Source: Candidatus Latescibacterota bacterium
GTDB lineage: Bacteria; Latescibacterota; UBA2968; UBA8231
Assembly (NCBI GenBank): GCA_965261395.1
Contig: OZ253462.1
Coordinates: 6,464,001 to 6,528,000, forward strand
Direction of reading: 5' to 3'
Length of the DNA stretch: 64,000 nucleotides
The notes under the pieces were generated by a model that saw nothing but the letters and a program-made list of their open reading frames with translations, was not told where the DNA came from and searched no databases. The position numbers and the translations under genes are program-made. Position 1 is the stretch's first letter. Each line of letters opens with the position of its first letter. Shown in pieces: positions 19,021 through 28,995 of this stretch.

Positions 19021-21033
19021 ATGAGAGGCGCGATTTTGGCCTGTGTTGTGCTGGTGGGCACTTATAGCCCCGGGGCGGCGCAAGAGTGGTGGCAGCTCGG
19101 CGGGCAGGGCGGTGTCTCGCCTGCGGACGTAGCGGATTTCAGCCTGATGATAGACGACGCAGCCGCTTCCCAAGCACTCCAGCCCTTTGAGCTCAATCCG
19201 AACGAAAACATCTTGCCGCAGCTCGGCCCCTGGCAGCGCTGGCGCTTCCCCACCGATCCCCAGTTCCGGCTTGGTCATCCGCGCCTCTGGACGGACATTG
19301 ACCATAATTCCCTATACCGAGCCACGGAATCGTTTCTCTTTATCGATGGGGACCCGACCACGTACGTAGAGCGGCGGGACCTAGAGATGATCTTCTATAC
19401 CATAGACTTGGGTACCCAAGTGCCGGTCGAGCGCTTCGTCTTTTTTCCTCCCGAAGGCGTCAGTCCCGAAAGCGACGAACCGTTCAGACCCAATTACATC
19501 CTCAAGTCCTATAGTCTGACGGCCGCCAAAGCCGAGATCGACATTATGCAAGAGGAACTGGAGCTCGGGTTCGTCTGGCGGGGCGACGGGCCGTGCTGTC
19601 CGCTGGCCATCCCCCTCGGCTACGAGGAGCGCAACACCGACGCAGTGACCGAAATCGCGTTTCCCGCGCAATACCTCCGCTTCTTCCGCCTAATCGCCAT
19701 CCCCGACGGGTTTACCCTGTACGGCGACCCCATCGTCACGCGCTCGGCCTTTGCCGAGATGGAGATCTACGGCCGGGGTTTCGCTCCGCAGGCGACCTAT
19801 GAGTCGCAGGTCATAGATTTGGGGCGGGAGGTCAACTTCGGACAGGTGCGCTTGGAAGTGAGCAAATGGCGCAAGGACGGGGAGCAACTGCTGCCGTCCG
19901 ATGGCCCAACCCGCGCCCAGGTGGAGATCCGCACGGGGCGCGACGACAGCCCAACGGCTTATTTCGGCTTTGACGATCTGGGTGCCCACGTGGAGGTGAC
20001 CAAGAAGCAGTGGGACCGGCTGATACCCCTAGAGGCGCGCGGCGCTACCATAGCGGTCGGCTATCGCGGTCCGGTGGCCGAAGACCTGCAAAACTGGAGC
20101 TTCTGGTCCCTGCCGTTGGCAGAGTCAGGCCAGCATCCGCGCCTGCCTTGGGGCCGGTATTTCCAATTGCGCGTCCAGCTAGCAACGGACGCGCTGTGGG
20201 AATTTGCCCGCCTCGATTCCCTGCAAATCGAGATCGCGCCCCTGCTAGCAGACCGAGTCGTCGGCGAGATCGTCCTCGCGGAGGAACCCCATCCCCAGGG
20301 CGGGCAAGTGCGCGTGCCAGCGGGCGAGAAAACCCCGTTCACGTACGACCTAGGCGTGGAATTTGCCAGTGCGGACCGCGTCGGCTGCGACGCCGTGCGC
20401 ATCGCGGCACCGGCGGAAGCCACATTTCGCTATCTGGAGATGGGCGACCCGCTCAGCGCCGTAGAGCCGGATAGCCTGCTACGCGAAGAAAGCGGCTTTG
20501 TGGTGTTCTTGCCGCGCTCCTTGCACCCGAGCGGCGATCAGCGTCTGCGCATCGGCCTCGAAGCCGTGCTCTACGGCGAGGCCGGCGAGTTTGGCGGTGA
20601 GGTCTTCAACCGCCACGAGCCGAGCTTGTTGCAGCGCATCGAAGGGGGCGACGTCAGCGCAGAGCTAGGCTCCAACCAGTTGCTCGTCGTGGCGTCTGCC
20701 ACCTCCACGGGTGGGGTACTGGGAGACGTCGAGGCGGGTAGCCGCGCGTTTACCCCGCAAGGCGACGGCGTAAACGACCTATTGTCCATACAATACACCC
20801 TCTTCCGGGTGCGACAGGCGTCCCAAGTGCAGGTCGGCCTCTACGCCCTCGACGGCCGGCCGGTATGGCAAGCGCCGCCAAGTGTGCAGGGCGCAGGACG
20901 CCATGCGGTCCACTGGGACGGTCGGGACGCGGCCGGGCAACTGGTTCGCCCAGGAGTGTACCTAGCGCGCGTGGAAGTGGAAACGGATAAGGGGCTCGAG
21001 GTTCGTCTACAGCCCGTCGCCGTGATCTATTGA
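19021..21033 (+). CDS. secreted protein with C-terminal FlgD-Ig/CTD domain
   Basis: start reassigned to ATG 19021 after GGAGG; FTPQGDGVND...WDGRDAAGQLVRPGVY...AVIY. Confidence 0.75.
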   Translation: MRGAILACVVLVGTYSPGAAQEWWQLGGQGGVSPADVADFSLMIDDAAASQALQPFELNPNENILPQLGPWQRWRFPTDPQFRLGHPRLWTDIDHNSLYRATESFLFIDGDPTTYVERRDLEMIFYTIDLGTQVPVERFVFFPPEGVSPESDEPFRPNYILKSYSLTAAKAEIDIMQEELELGFVWRGDGPCCPLAIPLGYEERNTDAVTEIAFPAQYLRFFRLIAIPDGFTLYGDPIVTRSAFAEMEIYGRGFAPQATYESQVIDLGREVNFGQVRLEVSKWRKDGEQLLPSDGPTRAQVEIRTGRDDSPTAYFGFDDLGAHVEVTKKQWDRLIPLEARGATIAVGYRGPVAEDLQNWSFWSLPLAESGQHPRLPWGRYFQLRVQLATDALWEFARLDSLQIEIAPLLADRVVGEIVLAEEPHPQGGQVRVPAGEKTPFTYDLGVEFASADRVGCDAVRIAAPAEATFRYLEMGDPLSAVEPDSLLREESGFVVFLPRSLHPSGDQRLRIGLEAVLYGEAGEFGGEVFNRHEPSLLQRIEGGDVSAELGSNQLLVVASATSTGGVLGDVEAGSRAFTPQGDGVNDLLSIQYTLFRVRQASQVQVGLYALDGRPVWQAPPSVQGAGRHAVHWDGRDAAGQLVRPGVYLARVEVETDKGLEVRLQPVAVIY

Positions 21034-21052
21034 ACGGAAAGGGCCAAACGCA

Positions 21053-21817
21053 ATGAAAACATGGATGGGCTGTCTGCTGTGCGCTGCGCTGCTCGTCGGA
21101 GGCTGCGGGCACAAATTGGGCTATCGCCACTTTGCCGGTCCCATTTTGCCCGCCACTAATTTGGCGGCGGGGGATTTCGTCGTCCGCGACGACCACAGCA
21201 TCACCTTTGTCAAAGACCGTTTGGAAGTGAGTTTGCTGCCGCTGACCGTGGCCATGCTCAACCGGCAGCTAAGCAGCCACTCGCAGCGGCCAGAGGGCTT
21301 CCACGACCCCAACCCCTATCTCGCGCCGGTCAATCCCTATACCTATGGCGACTGGAAACCAGGGTGGGAAGAAGAGCACCCCACCCGCTTTACGATCTTT
21401 CTGCTCAAGGTCAAAAACTACGCGTACCCCAAGGTGTGGCTCAATCCCCACGCCATTGAGATCACCAGTGCCAATGGCCGGCGCTATCAAGCCTTTACCC
21501 GGCTGGCGCTAGACGAGTACTTCGCCCCTTATGCCATCGGCTATGCGGGCAATACCTTCCTTCCGTTCCGCGAGCGGCGCGACCTGCTGCTCCGCACCTT
21601 GTACCCAGAAGACGAGATGATCTTCAGCGGCCAAGAGCGAGAAGGCTTCATCGCCTTTGCCACGTTGGCTAACGATGTCGAGGGGTTTGAAGTGCGGATC
21701 CCGGAGATGGTGTTGCGCTTCGACTACCGAGACCAGCCGGTGGAAACCATAGACATCGCCTACTCATTTACGCGCGAAGTGTACTTGGCCAAGCACCGCC
21801 GCGTCGAGGAACTCTAA
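21053..21817 (+). CDS. putative lipoprotein
   Basis: lipobox-like LVGGC after a hydrophobic stretch. Confidence 0.7.
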   Translation: MKTWMGCLLCAALLVGGCGHKLGYRHFAGPILPATNLAAGDFVVRDDHSITFVKDRLEVSLLPLTVAMLNRQLSSHSQRPEGFHDPNPYLAPVNPYTYGDWKPGWEEEHPTRFTIFLLKVKNYAYPKVWLNPHAIEITSANGRRYQAFTRLALDEYFAPYAIGYAGNTFLPFRERRDLLLRTLYPEDEMIFSGQEREGFIAFATLANDVEGFEVRIPEMVLRFDYRDQPVETIDIAYSFTREVYLAKHRRVEEL

Positions 21818-23485
21818 ATGCTCATGCGGGCCGTTGTGGGAGTCGCACTCGCGTCGCTGTGGTGGAGTGGCTGCGGGCCGAAAGTGGATGGCGACGTGGT
21901 CGCCAAGGTAGGCGACGAAGAGATCAAACTCGCAGCATTGCGCCAGTTCCGCGAAGAGTCCACCGCCAACTACCGCGACCCCGAAGAGAGGCAGGCGTGG
22001 CGCTTCTACTTGCAGACGATGATCGACATGAAGCTGATGCTCATCGAGGCGCGGGAGCGGCGGCTGGATCAGACCGTGGAGTTCATGCGCCAATGGGAGC
22101 GGGAACGGCGCAAGAAACTGGTTGATGAGTACGCCGTGCGCACCATCCTCGCGGATGTAGATCTCGCAGTAGAAGGCATGCGTCAGGGTTTTGCGACGAG
22201 CAAGTGGAATCGGATGCTGCGCTTGGCCCATATCCGCACCGCCAGCGCGGCAGAAGCCCAAAAGGCCATGCGCGACTTGGAGCAGGGGCGAGATTTTGCC
22301 GAGGTCGCCCGCGGGCGTTCTATAGCGCCGACAGCCGCCCACGGCGGGGTACTCGATACTTGGTACGGGCGCGGCAACTTGGAGGAGGTGGGCCTGCCCA
22401 TAGAAGTGGGGGAGCAGGTATTCGACCTACAGGTTGGGGACTTGAGCCAGCCCTTACTCGTGGGGGAACACTACGAGATTTTCAAGGTGCTGTCCCAAGG
22501 TCCGGCACCTGAACACTACCGAGCAGCCTTCTTGCGCGAGCAGTACTGGAAGGAGTTTCGCACCCGCTGGCAGGAGCTGACCGCACAGCTCAAAGACCGA
22601 CTAAACGCACAGCTAGATGGCGAGGCGATCCGGTTGCTGGTCGATAGGATGGCCGAATCCGACAGCCGGGGGATGCTGTTGAGTCCCGAAGAGCAGGAAG
22701 TGATCCTCTGCCGCTTCAAGGGCGGGCAGGTAACGCTGCGGGATTTCGCCGAAACCTATAACGCCTATTGGTTCATCCGCTCGGTCTCCTTCGACAGCAG
22801 CGGGATTTCCGAGTTCGTCCACCGGGACCTCTTGCCGCGGACCCTCGTCTATCAAGCGGCGTTGCAGGAAGGTCTGGACCAGGATTCGACCATAGCTGCC
22901 TGGTTGCAGGACAAGAAAAAATCACTGCTGCTCGAAGCCCTTCGCAGAGAGGACGTCGTGCAGCGGACCGAAGTCGATAGCGCCATGGCCCGCCAGTATT
23001 ACGACGACCATCCGCAAATGTTCATGGAACTGGAAGAGATTCGGGTGGCGGAGGTGCTGGTGGCGAGTCGCACCGAGGCGGAACAACTCTTGCAGCGGAT
23101 CCGCGCTGGCGAACGCCTAGAAACGCTGGCCACCCACCACACGCTCCGCACAGATGCCGAAGGTGGGCAATACCACATCCACAATCACCCCTCCGAGCGG
23201 CGAGTTTTCGGTGCCCTTTACGACTCGGTGGTCGTCGCGCCGGTGGGGGTGCTCACCGGCCCGGTGGCCCTCGACGAGGGCTATTCGATCTTCGAGGTGC
23301 GGGAGCGTATTCCCCCTCGTCCGACGCCTTTTGAACAAGCAGCTTCGCGGGCGAAGTGGTGGGTGCAGAAGCAGCAAGAAAAGACTCTCTTCGACGCCTT
23401 GTTCACCCGGCTCAGGGATCAGTACGCCGATAAGGTTGTGGTGTTTGAAGAGCAATTGGGCAAACTAGAAGCCAGCCCCCACTAG
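21818..23485 (+). CDS. PpiC/parvulin-type peptidyl-prolyl isomerase lipoprotein (two rotamase domains)
   Basis: WSGC lipobox; RLAHI...FAEVARGRSI...GG.L; second IRVAEVLV...G.DEGYSIF domain. Confidence 0.8.
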   Translation: MLMRAVVGVALASLWWSGCGPKVDGDVVAKVGDEEIKLAALRQFREESTANYRDPEERQAWRFYLQTMIDMKLMLIEARERRLDQTVEFMRQWERERRKKLVDEYAVRTILADVDLAVEGMRQGFATSKWNRMLRLAHIRTASAAEAQKAMRDLEQGRDFAEVARGRSIAPTAAHGGVLDTWYGRGNLEEVGLPIEVGEQVFDLQVGDLSQPLLVGEHYEIFKVLSQGPAPEHYRAAFLREQYWKEFRTRWQELTAQLKDRLNAQLDGEAIRLLVDRMAESDSRGMLLSPEEQEVILCRFKGGQVTLRDFAETYNAYWFIRSVSFDSSGISEFVHRDLLPRTLVYQAALQEGLDQDSTIAAWLQDKKKSLLLEALRREDVVQRTEVDSAMARQYYDDHPQMFMELEEIRVAEVLVASRTEAEQLLQRIRAGERLETLATHHTLRTDAEGGQYHIHNHPSERRVFGALYDSVVVAPVGVLTGPVALDEGYSIFEVRERIPPRPTPFEQAASRAKWWVQKQQEKTLFDALFTRLRDQYADKVVVFEEQLGKLEASPH

Positions 23486-23548
23486 CCCATGCCATCACTC
23501 GTCGGGGCAACCCACACTCACCTCAACTTCTCCGCCTCCTACTAGTCC

Positions 23549-25192
23549 GTGGTCGCGGTTTTGTCTTTGTGGACGCTGCTCGTCGTGGGCGGCGCGGGAT
23601 GCGGACCAGCGGACATAGAGACCGGACCGGCGTTTGTAGAGGTGGCACAGGAGGCGGGCATTGAATTCCACCATCAGAATGGGGCGAGTGGGCGCTACTA
23701 CTATGTGGAAACCTATGGGTCGGGCGCGGCCTTCCTCGACTACGACAACGACGGCTATCCCGACCTCTATGTGGTCAACAGCGCGCCGCTGCCCGGCTCT
23801 ACCGCCGAGGTCGTCCCGACCAACGCGCTGTACCGCAACCTCGGCAACGGCGCGTTCGCAGATGCTACGGCGCGCACCCAAACAGGCGACCCAAGTTACG
23901 GCATGGGCACCTGTGCTGGGGACGTAGATAACGATGGGCACGTGGATCTATACGTGACCAACTTTGGCCCCAACGTCCTCTATCGCAATCAGGGCGACGG
24001 CACCTTTGCCGATCAAACCGCCGACGCCGGGGTCGGCGACCCCCGCCTGAGCACTAGCGCGGCGTTTGCCGACATCGACAACGACGGCGATCTGGACCTC
24101 TATGTGGCCAACAACGTCTCCGTTGACCTAGCGCATGACGAAGGGTGCCGCCAAGGGGCAATCCCGGTCTATTGCGCTCCCACTCAGTACAAAGGAGAAT
24201 CCGGTGTCCTCTTCCGCAACGATCGGGGCGGGAAGTTCGCCGACATTACCCGGCCAGCCGGCGTGTACAGCGAAGCCGGTCGCCAGTTGGGCGTCGTCTT
24301 TGGTGACTACGACGGCGACGGTGACGCGGACCTGTATGTGGCCAACGACATGAAGGCCAATTTCCTCTTCCGCAACGACGGCGCGGCGCGGTTCGCCGAA
24401 GTGGGATTGAGCGCGGGGGTGGCGCTCAGCGAGAGCGCTCGCCCCGAGGCCGGCATGGGCACGGACTTTGGCGACTGCGACCGGGACGGCGACTTGGATA
24501 TCGTGGTCTGCAACTTCCAGTGGGAAAGCTGCCGCCTCTATCGCAACGAGGGCGACGGTGCATTTGCCGACCTGAGCTTTCCGTCGGGGTTGGGCGAGCC
24601 TACGCTTTCGACCTTGACTTTTGGCACGGATTTTTTCGACTACGACAACGACGGCGACCTAGATCTCTATCTGGCCAATGGCCACGTCCATCCAGAAGTC
24701 CAGGCGTTCGACCAAGCCGCGTCCTATCCGCAATCGGACCAGCTCTTTGCCAACGACGGGACCGGACGGTTTGCCCTGGTGCAGGCTACGACCCTGCGCG
24801 GAGTCGGCCGGGGTGCGGCCTTTGCCGACTACGACAACGACGGCGATTTGGATGCTTTTGTCTCCAATAACAACCAGCGAGCGTTTTTGCTGCGCAACGA
24901 CCGCGGCCAGCGCAACCACTGGATCGCATTTAAGACCATAGGCCGAGTTAGCAATCGGGACGGGATCGGGGCGGTGATCCGGGTAGTAAGCGGCGATTTG
25001 GTGCAGATCGAGGAGGTGCGCAGCGGCAGCAGCTATCTTTCGCAAAACGATCTACGGGTGTACTTCGGCTTGGGCCAGCGGGAACAGGTGGATCGCGTCC
25101 AGATCCGCTGGCCCAGCGGGATCGTGCAGACGCTCGTAGAATTGCCCATTGACCAGATCCACCAAGTGGAAGAACCGCCTTCCTCCGGCTGA
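23549..25192 (+). CDS. CRTAC1-family protein (FG-GAP repeats plus ASPIC/UnbV)
   Basis: repeated DYDNDGD.DLYV motifs; SNRDGIGA...GSSYLSQND...FGLG...WPSG. Confidence 0.85.
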   Translation: MVAVLSLWTLLVVGGAGCGPADIETGPAFVEVAQEAGIEFHHQNGASGRYYYVETYGSGAAFLDYDNDGYPDLYVVNSAPLPGSTAEVVPTNALYRNLGNGAFADATARTQTGDPSYGMGTCAGDVDNDGHVDLYVTNFGPNVLYRNQGDGTFADQTADAGVGDPRLSTSAAFADIDNDGDLDLYVANNVSVDLAHDEGCRQGAIPVYCAPTQYKGESGVLFRNDRGGKFADITRPAGVYSEAGRQLGVVFGDYDGDGDADLYVANDMKANFLFRNDGAARFAEVGLSAGVALSESARPEAGMGTDFGDCDRDGDLDIVVCNFQWESCRLYRNEGDGAFADLSFPSGLGEPTLSTLTFGTDFFDYDNDGDLDLYLANGHVHPEVQAFDQAASYPQSDQLFANDGTGRFALVQATTLRGVGRGAAFADYDNDGDLDAFVSNNNQRAFLLRNDRGQRNHWIAFKTIGRVSNRDGIGAVIRVVSGDLVQIEEVRSGSSYLSQNDLRVYFGLGQREQVDRVQIRWPSGIVQTLVELPIDQIHQVEEPPSSG

Positions 25193-25194
25193 AC

Positions 25195-26721
25195 ATGAGC
25201 AACCAGTGGAAAAGGACCAGAACGCGCTGCTGGGCCATTTTCTGCCTGCTAGCCCTGCTCGATGGGTGCACGCCCGCCGAAGAGAGCCTAGGTGAGCGGG
25301 AGGTCCGCTATCAGCGTCAAATCGCGGAAGACCCGACAGACGCCGATGCCCATTACGCGCTCGGCCAAGTGTACCACGAACAGGCGCACTACCCTGAGGC
25401 CCTACAGTCCTTTCGCCAAGCCCAAGCGCTGGATTCCACCCACACCGGAGCGCAGGTGGGGATCGGCAACATCCTGTTTAAGAGAGGCGAATTAGATCGA
25501 GCCGCAAACGCATACCAACAGGCCGCGCAGGGATGTGCCGATTGTGCGGACGCGCACCGGGGGCTGGGGGCTGTCTATCTGCGGCAGCGGCGCTTGGCGG
25601 AATCCCGCCAAGCCTACCAGCAGGCGCTTTTAAGCGAGCCGGATCACGCCCCCTCGCACTACAATATCGGCGCGGCCTTTGCTCAAGAAGGCGTGTATCA
25701 AGAGGCGGCGGCGGCGATGGAACAAGCCATTGCCAGCGACTCTAAATACATCCTAGCGCACACCGCGTTGGGAGATGTGTACTGTCTCAAGCTGGGGCAG
25801 TGCGAAAAGGCCGCGGCGATCCTTGAGCAGGCCGTGAACTTGCAACCAACAGCGGTCGCCCCCCGGATCGGCTTGGGGCGGACACACCTTCGCCTAGGGA
25901 AATACGAGGCGGCGGCGGCGAGCTTTGAGGCGGCTGTTGCAGCGGATTCGACGGCCGCGGCGGCATTTAACTGGCTCGGGGTAGCCCACACCAAGCTGGG
26001 GCAATACGAGCCGGCGGCCCAAGCCCTGCGCCGCGCCATTCACTTGGATATGCTCTACCCCCAAGCCTATTACAACCTATCCCAGACCTACCAGAAACAA
26101 GGCAAGGCCAAGGAGAGCGAAGCGGCTTTGCACGCCTTCAACCGCATTGATGCGTACTCTGGAGACATTCTCCGGTGGAAAACAATACTGGACGGCAATC
26201 CGCACGATGCTATGGCACTCTTTGAACTGGGCCGGATCTATGCGAGACTGGGCGTAGCAAGCGAAGCGGCCGCGGCCTTCCAGCGCGCGCTGACGATCAA
26301 CCCCGCCCATGCGCCGGCTTGGCACAATCTGGGCAATGCCTACGCTCGCCTCGACCGCTTGGACGAAGCCATCGCCGCCTACCGCAAGGCGCTGGCACTG
26401 GACGAAGGGTACGCCCTTGCTTGGTACAACCTCGGCAACGCCCATTTTGCCAAGGGGGAACTGGCTCAAGCCCGCAAGGCATTCACTGCGGCGCTCGATC
26501 ACCGAGAAGGGTACGCGGACGCCTACCACGGCCTCGGGGGGGTGGCGCTGCGCGCAGGAGCGGCCGAGGAGGCGGTTGACCACTTTCGCACGGTCCTAGC
26601 GGCGGACTCAAGCTATGCCCGCGCCCATTACGGCTTGGCCTTGGCCTACCGGGCGCTCGGCGACTCTCTGCGCGCCGTGCAGGCACTGGCACACTTCAAG
26701 CGGCTGCGCGATGGGCCGTAA
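25195..26721 (+). CDS. tetratricopeptide repeat protein (probable lipoprotein)
   Basis: many AHYNLG/AYxxAL TPR units; LDGC lipobox. Confidence 0.85.
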   Translation: MSNQWKRTRTRCWAIFCLLALLDGCTPAEESLGEREVRYQRQIAEDPTDADAHYALGQVYHEQAHYPEALQSFRQAQALDSTHTGAQVGIGNILFKRGELDRAANAYQQAAQGCADCADAHRGLGAVYLRQRRLAESRQAYQQALLSEPDHAPSHYNIGAAFAQEGVYQEAAAAMEQAIASDSKYILAHTALGDVYCLKLGQCEKAAAILEQAVNLQPTAVAPRIGLGRTHLRLGKYEAAAASFEAAVAADSTAAAAFNWLGVAHTKLGQYEPAAQALRRAIHLDMLYPQAYYNLSQTYQKQGKAKESEAALHAFNRIDAYSGDILRWKTILDGNPHDAMALFELGRIYARLGVASEAAAAFQRALTINPAHAPAWHNLGNAYARLDRLDEAIAAYRKALALDEGYALAWYNLGNAHFAKGELAQARKAFTAALDHREGYADAYHGLGGVALRAGAAEEAVDHFRTVLAADSSYARAHYGLALAYRALGDSLRAVQALAHFKRLRDGP

Positions 26722-26722
26722 C

Positions 26723-28891
26723 ATGCGGTCTATGCTGGGCCTAGCTCTCGTCGCGCTATCTTGCGCCACAGAGCCGTCGATGCCCTACCAAGCCCCTAGC
26801 ACAAAGCGCATGGCCGCCCGCCTAGCGGAGATCGCGCAGAATCTGAACCCCGCCATTAATACCTATATCAACGCGGCGCGGGTAGAATACCTCAAGACCT
26901 TGCCGCAGCCGCCTGATACCGCTGGCCGCCTGCGCGCCAGGGCCTATCTGGCGCGGGAACTGTTGCGCGCTGGCCAGAGCCAAGCCGCCATCGCCGAGTT
27001 CGAAAAACTCCAGCCACAGCTACAACAAGTCGATCTCAGACTGACCCCAGACGTGCGCGTCCTGCTGGGGTTATCCCATATGCGCCTCGGGGAGCAGGAA
27101 AACTGTCTCGCTCGGCACGCGACGGCCTCGTGTCTTTTGCCGATTGGCAGCGACGGAGTCCACACCATTGAGCGGGGGTCGCGGGCGGCGCGGGCGGAAT
27201 TCGCCGCGTATTTGGCAGATCACCCAGACGACCTCACCGTCCGCTGGCTTTTGAATATCGCCTACATGACCTTGGGCATGTACCCCGAGCAGGTGCCAGC
27301 GCAGTGGCTCGTTCCGCCCGAGGTTTTTGACTCCGACTACGATATCAAGCGTTTCGCCGATGTGGCACCGGCGCTGGGCCTAGATTTGGTCTCCATGGCC
27401 GGCGGCAGCATCATGGACGACTTCGACGGCGACGGCCATCTGGATATCATGGCCTCGTCTTGGGGCCTCAGCGACCAACTCCGCTATTTTGCCAACCTCG
27501 GCACTGGGACCTTTGCCGAACGGACCGCGGTGGCCGGCCTGACCGGGATCGTCGGCGGATTGCAGATTGTACACGCCGACTACGATAACAACGGCTATGC
27601 GGATGTGTTGGTTTTGCGCGGGGGCTGGTGGGAAGACGACGGCCTGCATCCCAACTCGCTATTGCACAACAACGGCAATGGGACCTTTGCCGACGTCACC
27701 GAGCAGGTCGGCCTGCTCACCTTCCACCCGACGCAGACAGCCGCTTGGGGGGACTACGACAACGACGGCTGGTTGGACCTTTTCGTTGGCAACGAGTCGT
27801 ATGGAGGCCGGATCCATCGGTGTGAACTCTTCCACAGCAACGGGCAGGCAGAGGATTTGCAGTTTGCCGAGGTGGGCGAGGCAACCGGGGTCGCCGTCGT
27901 CGGCTATGTAAAAGGGACCGCTTGGGGCGATTACGACAACGACGGCCTAATTGACCTGTACGTCTCGCGGCTCACCGGCACCAATTTCCTCTTTGCCAAC
28001 GACGGTGCCAACGAGTTCGGCGGGTGGACCTTCACCGACAAGAGCAAGGAAGCAGGCGTTATCGAACCACTAGGCAGCTTCCCGGCTTGGTTCTGGGACT
28101 ACGACAACGACGGCTGGCTGGACCTTTTCGTCTCGGGGTACCACTACGAGGCCAACGCCGGCGATGTGGCCGCCGACTATCTGGGGCTGGCGACCGCGGC
28201 CGAGCGTCCCCGCCTGTACCGCAACAATGGCGATGGGACCTTTGCCGAGCGCAGCGCAGAAGCGGGCGTTGGCAAGGTGCTCTATACGATGGGTTGCGAT
28301 TTCGGCGACCTCGACAACGACGGTTGGCTGGATTTTTATGCTGGCACGGGGTCGCCTTCGCTGCGCTCAGTCATGCCCAACCGCATGTTCCGCAATACCG
28401 ACGGGCACTTCTTCGAGGACGTTACCACCTCCGGCGGCTTCGGCCATCTGCAAAAAGGGCACGGCGTGGCCTTTGGTGACTACGACAACGACGGCGATCA
28501 GGATATCTATGCGGTCCTGGGCGGGGCCTATACCGGGGACGTGTTCCAGAATGTCCTCTTTGAAAATCCCGGGCACGGCAATCACTGGATCGCGCTCCTG
28601 TTGGAAGGGGTACAATCCAACCGCGCCGCCTTGGGAGCGCGCATCAGGGTCCAAGTCTCGACCGCGGAGGGACCGAGGAACATCTACGCCACCGTTGGCA
28701 CGGGTGCCAGCTTCGGGGGATCGAGTCTGCAACAGGAGATCGGCCTAGGACAGGCCACGGCCATCGAAGCCGTCGAAGTTACTTGGCCGGCCACGGGCGC
28801 GCAGCAACTGTTTACCAACCTCGAAATGGATCAGTACTACGGCATCCGCGAAGGCGACCGGACGCTGGTCCGGCTCGATCGACGTCGCTAG
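26723..28891 (+). CDS. CRTAC1-family protein (FG-GAP plus ASPIC/UnbV), lipoprotein
   Basis: start reassigned to ATG 26723 (ALSC lipobox); DYDNDG repeats; GFGHLQKGHGVAFGD; SNRAALGA. Confidence 0.85.
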   Translation: MRSMLGLALVALSCATEPSMPYQAPSTKRMAARLAEIAQNLNPAINTYINAARVEYLKTLPQPPDTAGRLRARAYLARELLRAGQSQAAIAEFEKLQPQLQQVDLRLTPDVRVLLGLSHMRLGEQENCLARHATASCLLPIGSDGVHTIERGSRAARAEFAAYLADHPDDLTVRWLLNIAYMTLGMYPEQVPAQWLVPPEVFDSDYDIKRFADVAPALGLDLVSMAGGSIMDDFDGDGHLDIMASSWGLSDQLRYFANLGTGTFAERTAVAGLTGIVGGLQIVHADYDNNGYADVLVLRGGWWEDDGLHPNSLLHNNGNGTFADVTEQVGLLTFHPTQTAAWGDYDNDGWLDLFVGNESYGGRIHRCELFHSNGQAEDLQFAEVGEATGVAVVGYVKGTAWGDYDNDGLIDLYVSRLTGTNFLFANDGANEFGGWTFTDKSKEAGVIEPLGSFPAWFWDYDNDGWLDLFVSGYHYEANAGDVAADYLGLATAAERPRLYRNNGDGTFAERSAEAGVGKVLYTMGCDFGDLDNDGWLDFYAGTGSPSLRSVMPNRMFRNTDGHFFEDVTTSGGFGHLQKGHGVAFGDYDNDGDQDIYAVLGGAYTGDVFQNVLFENPGHGNHWIALLLEGVQSNRAALGARIRVQVSTAEGPRNIYATVGTGASFGGSSLQQEIGLGQATAIEAVEVTWPATGAQQLFTNLEMDQYYGIREGDRTLVRLDRRR

Positions 28892-28995
28892 CCATGCATT
28901 CCTGCGGTGGGAAATTGCGCTGACGGCGACCCGCACGACTCAACTGTCCGTTTTGGGCTAGGCCGTATCTTTCCAAACTAGGCCGCCGCGAAATT

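Noticed and set aside
23549-28891. DYDNDG repeats as a novel repeat system
   Set aside because: Ordinary FG-GAP calcium-binding repeats of CRTAC1-family proteins
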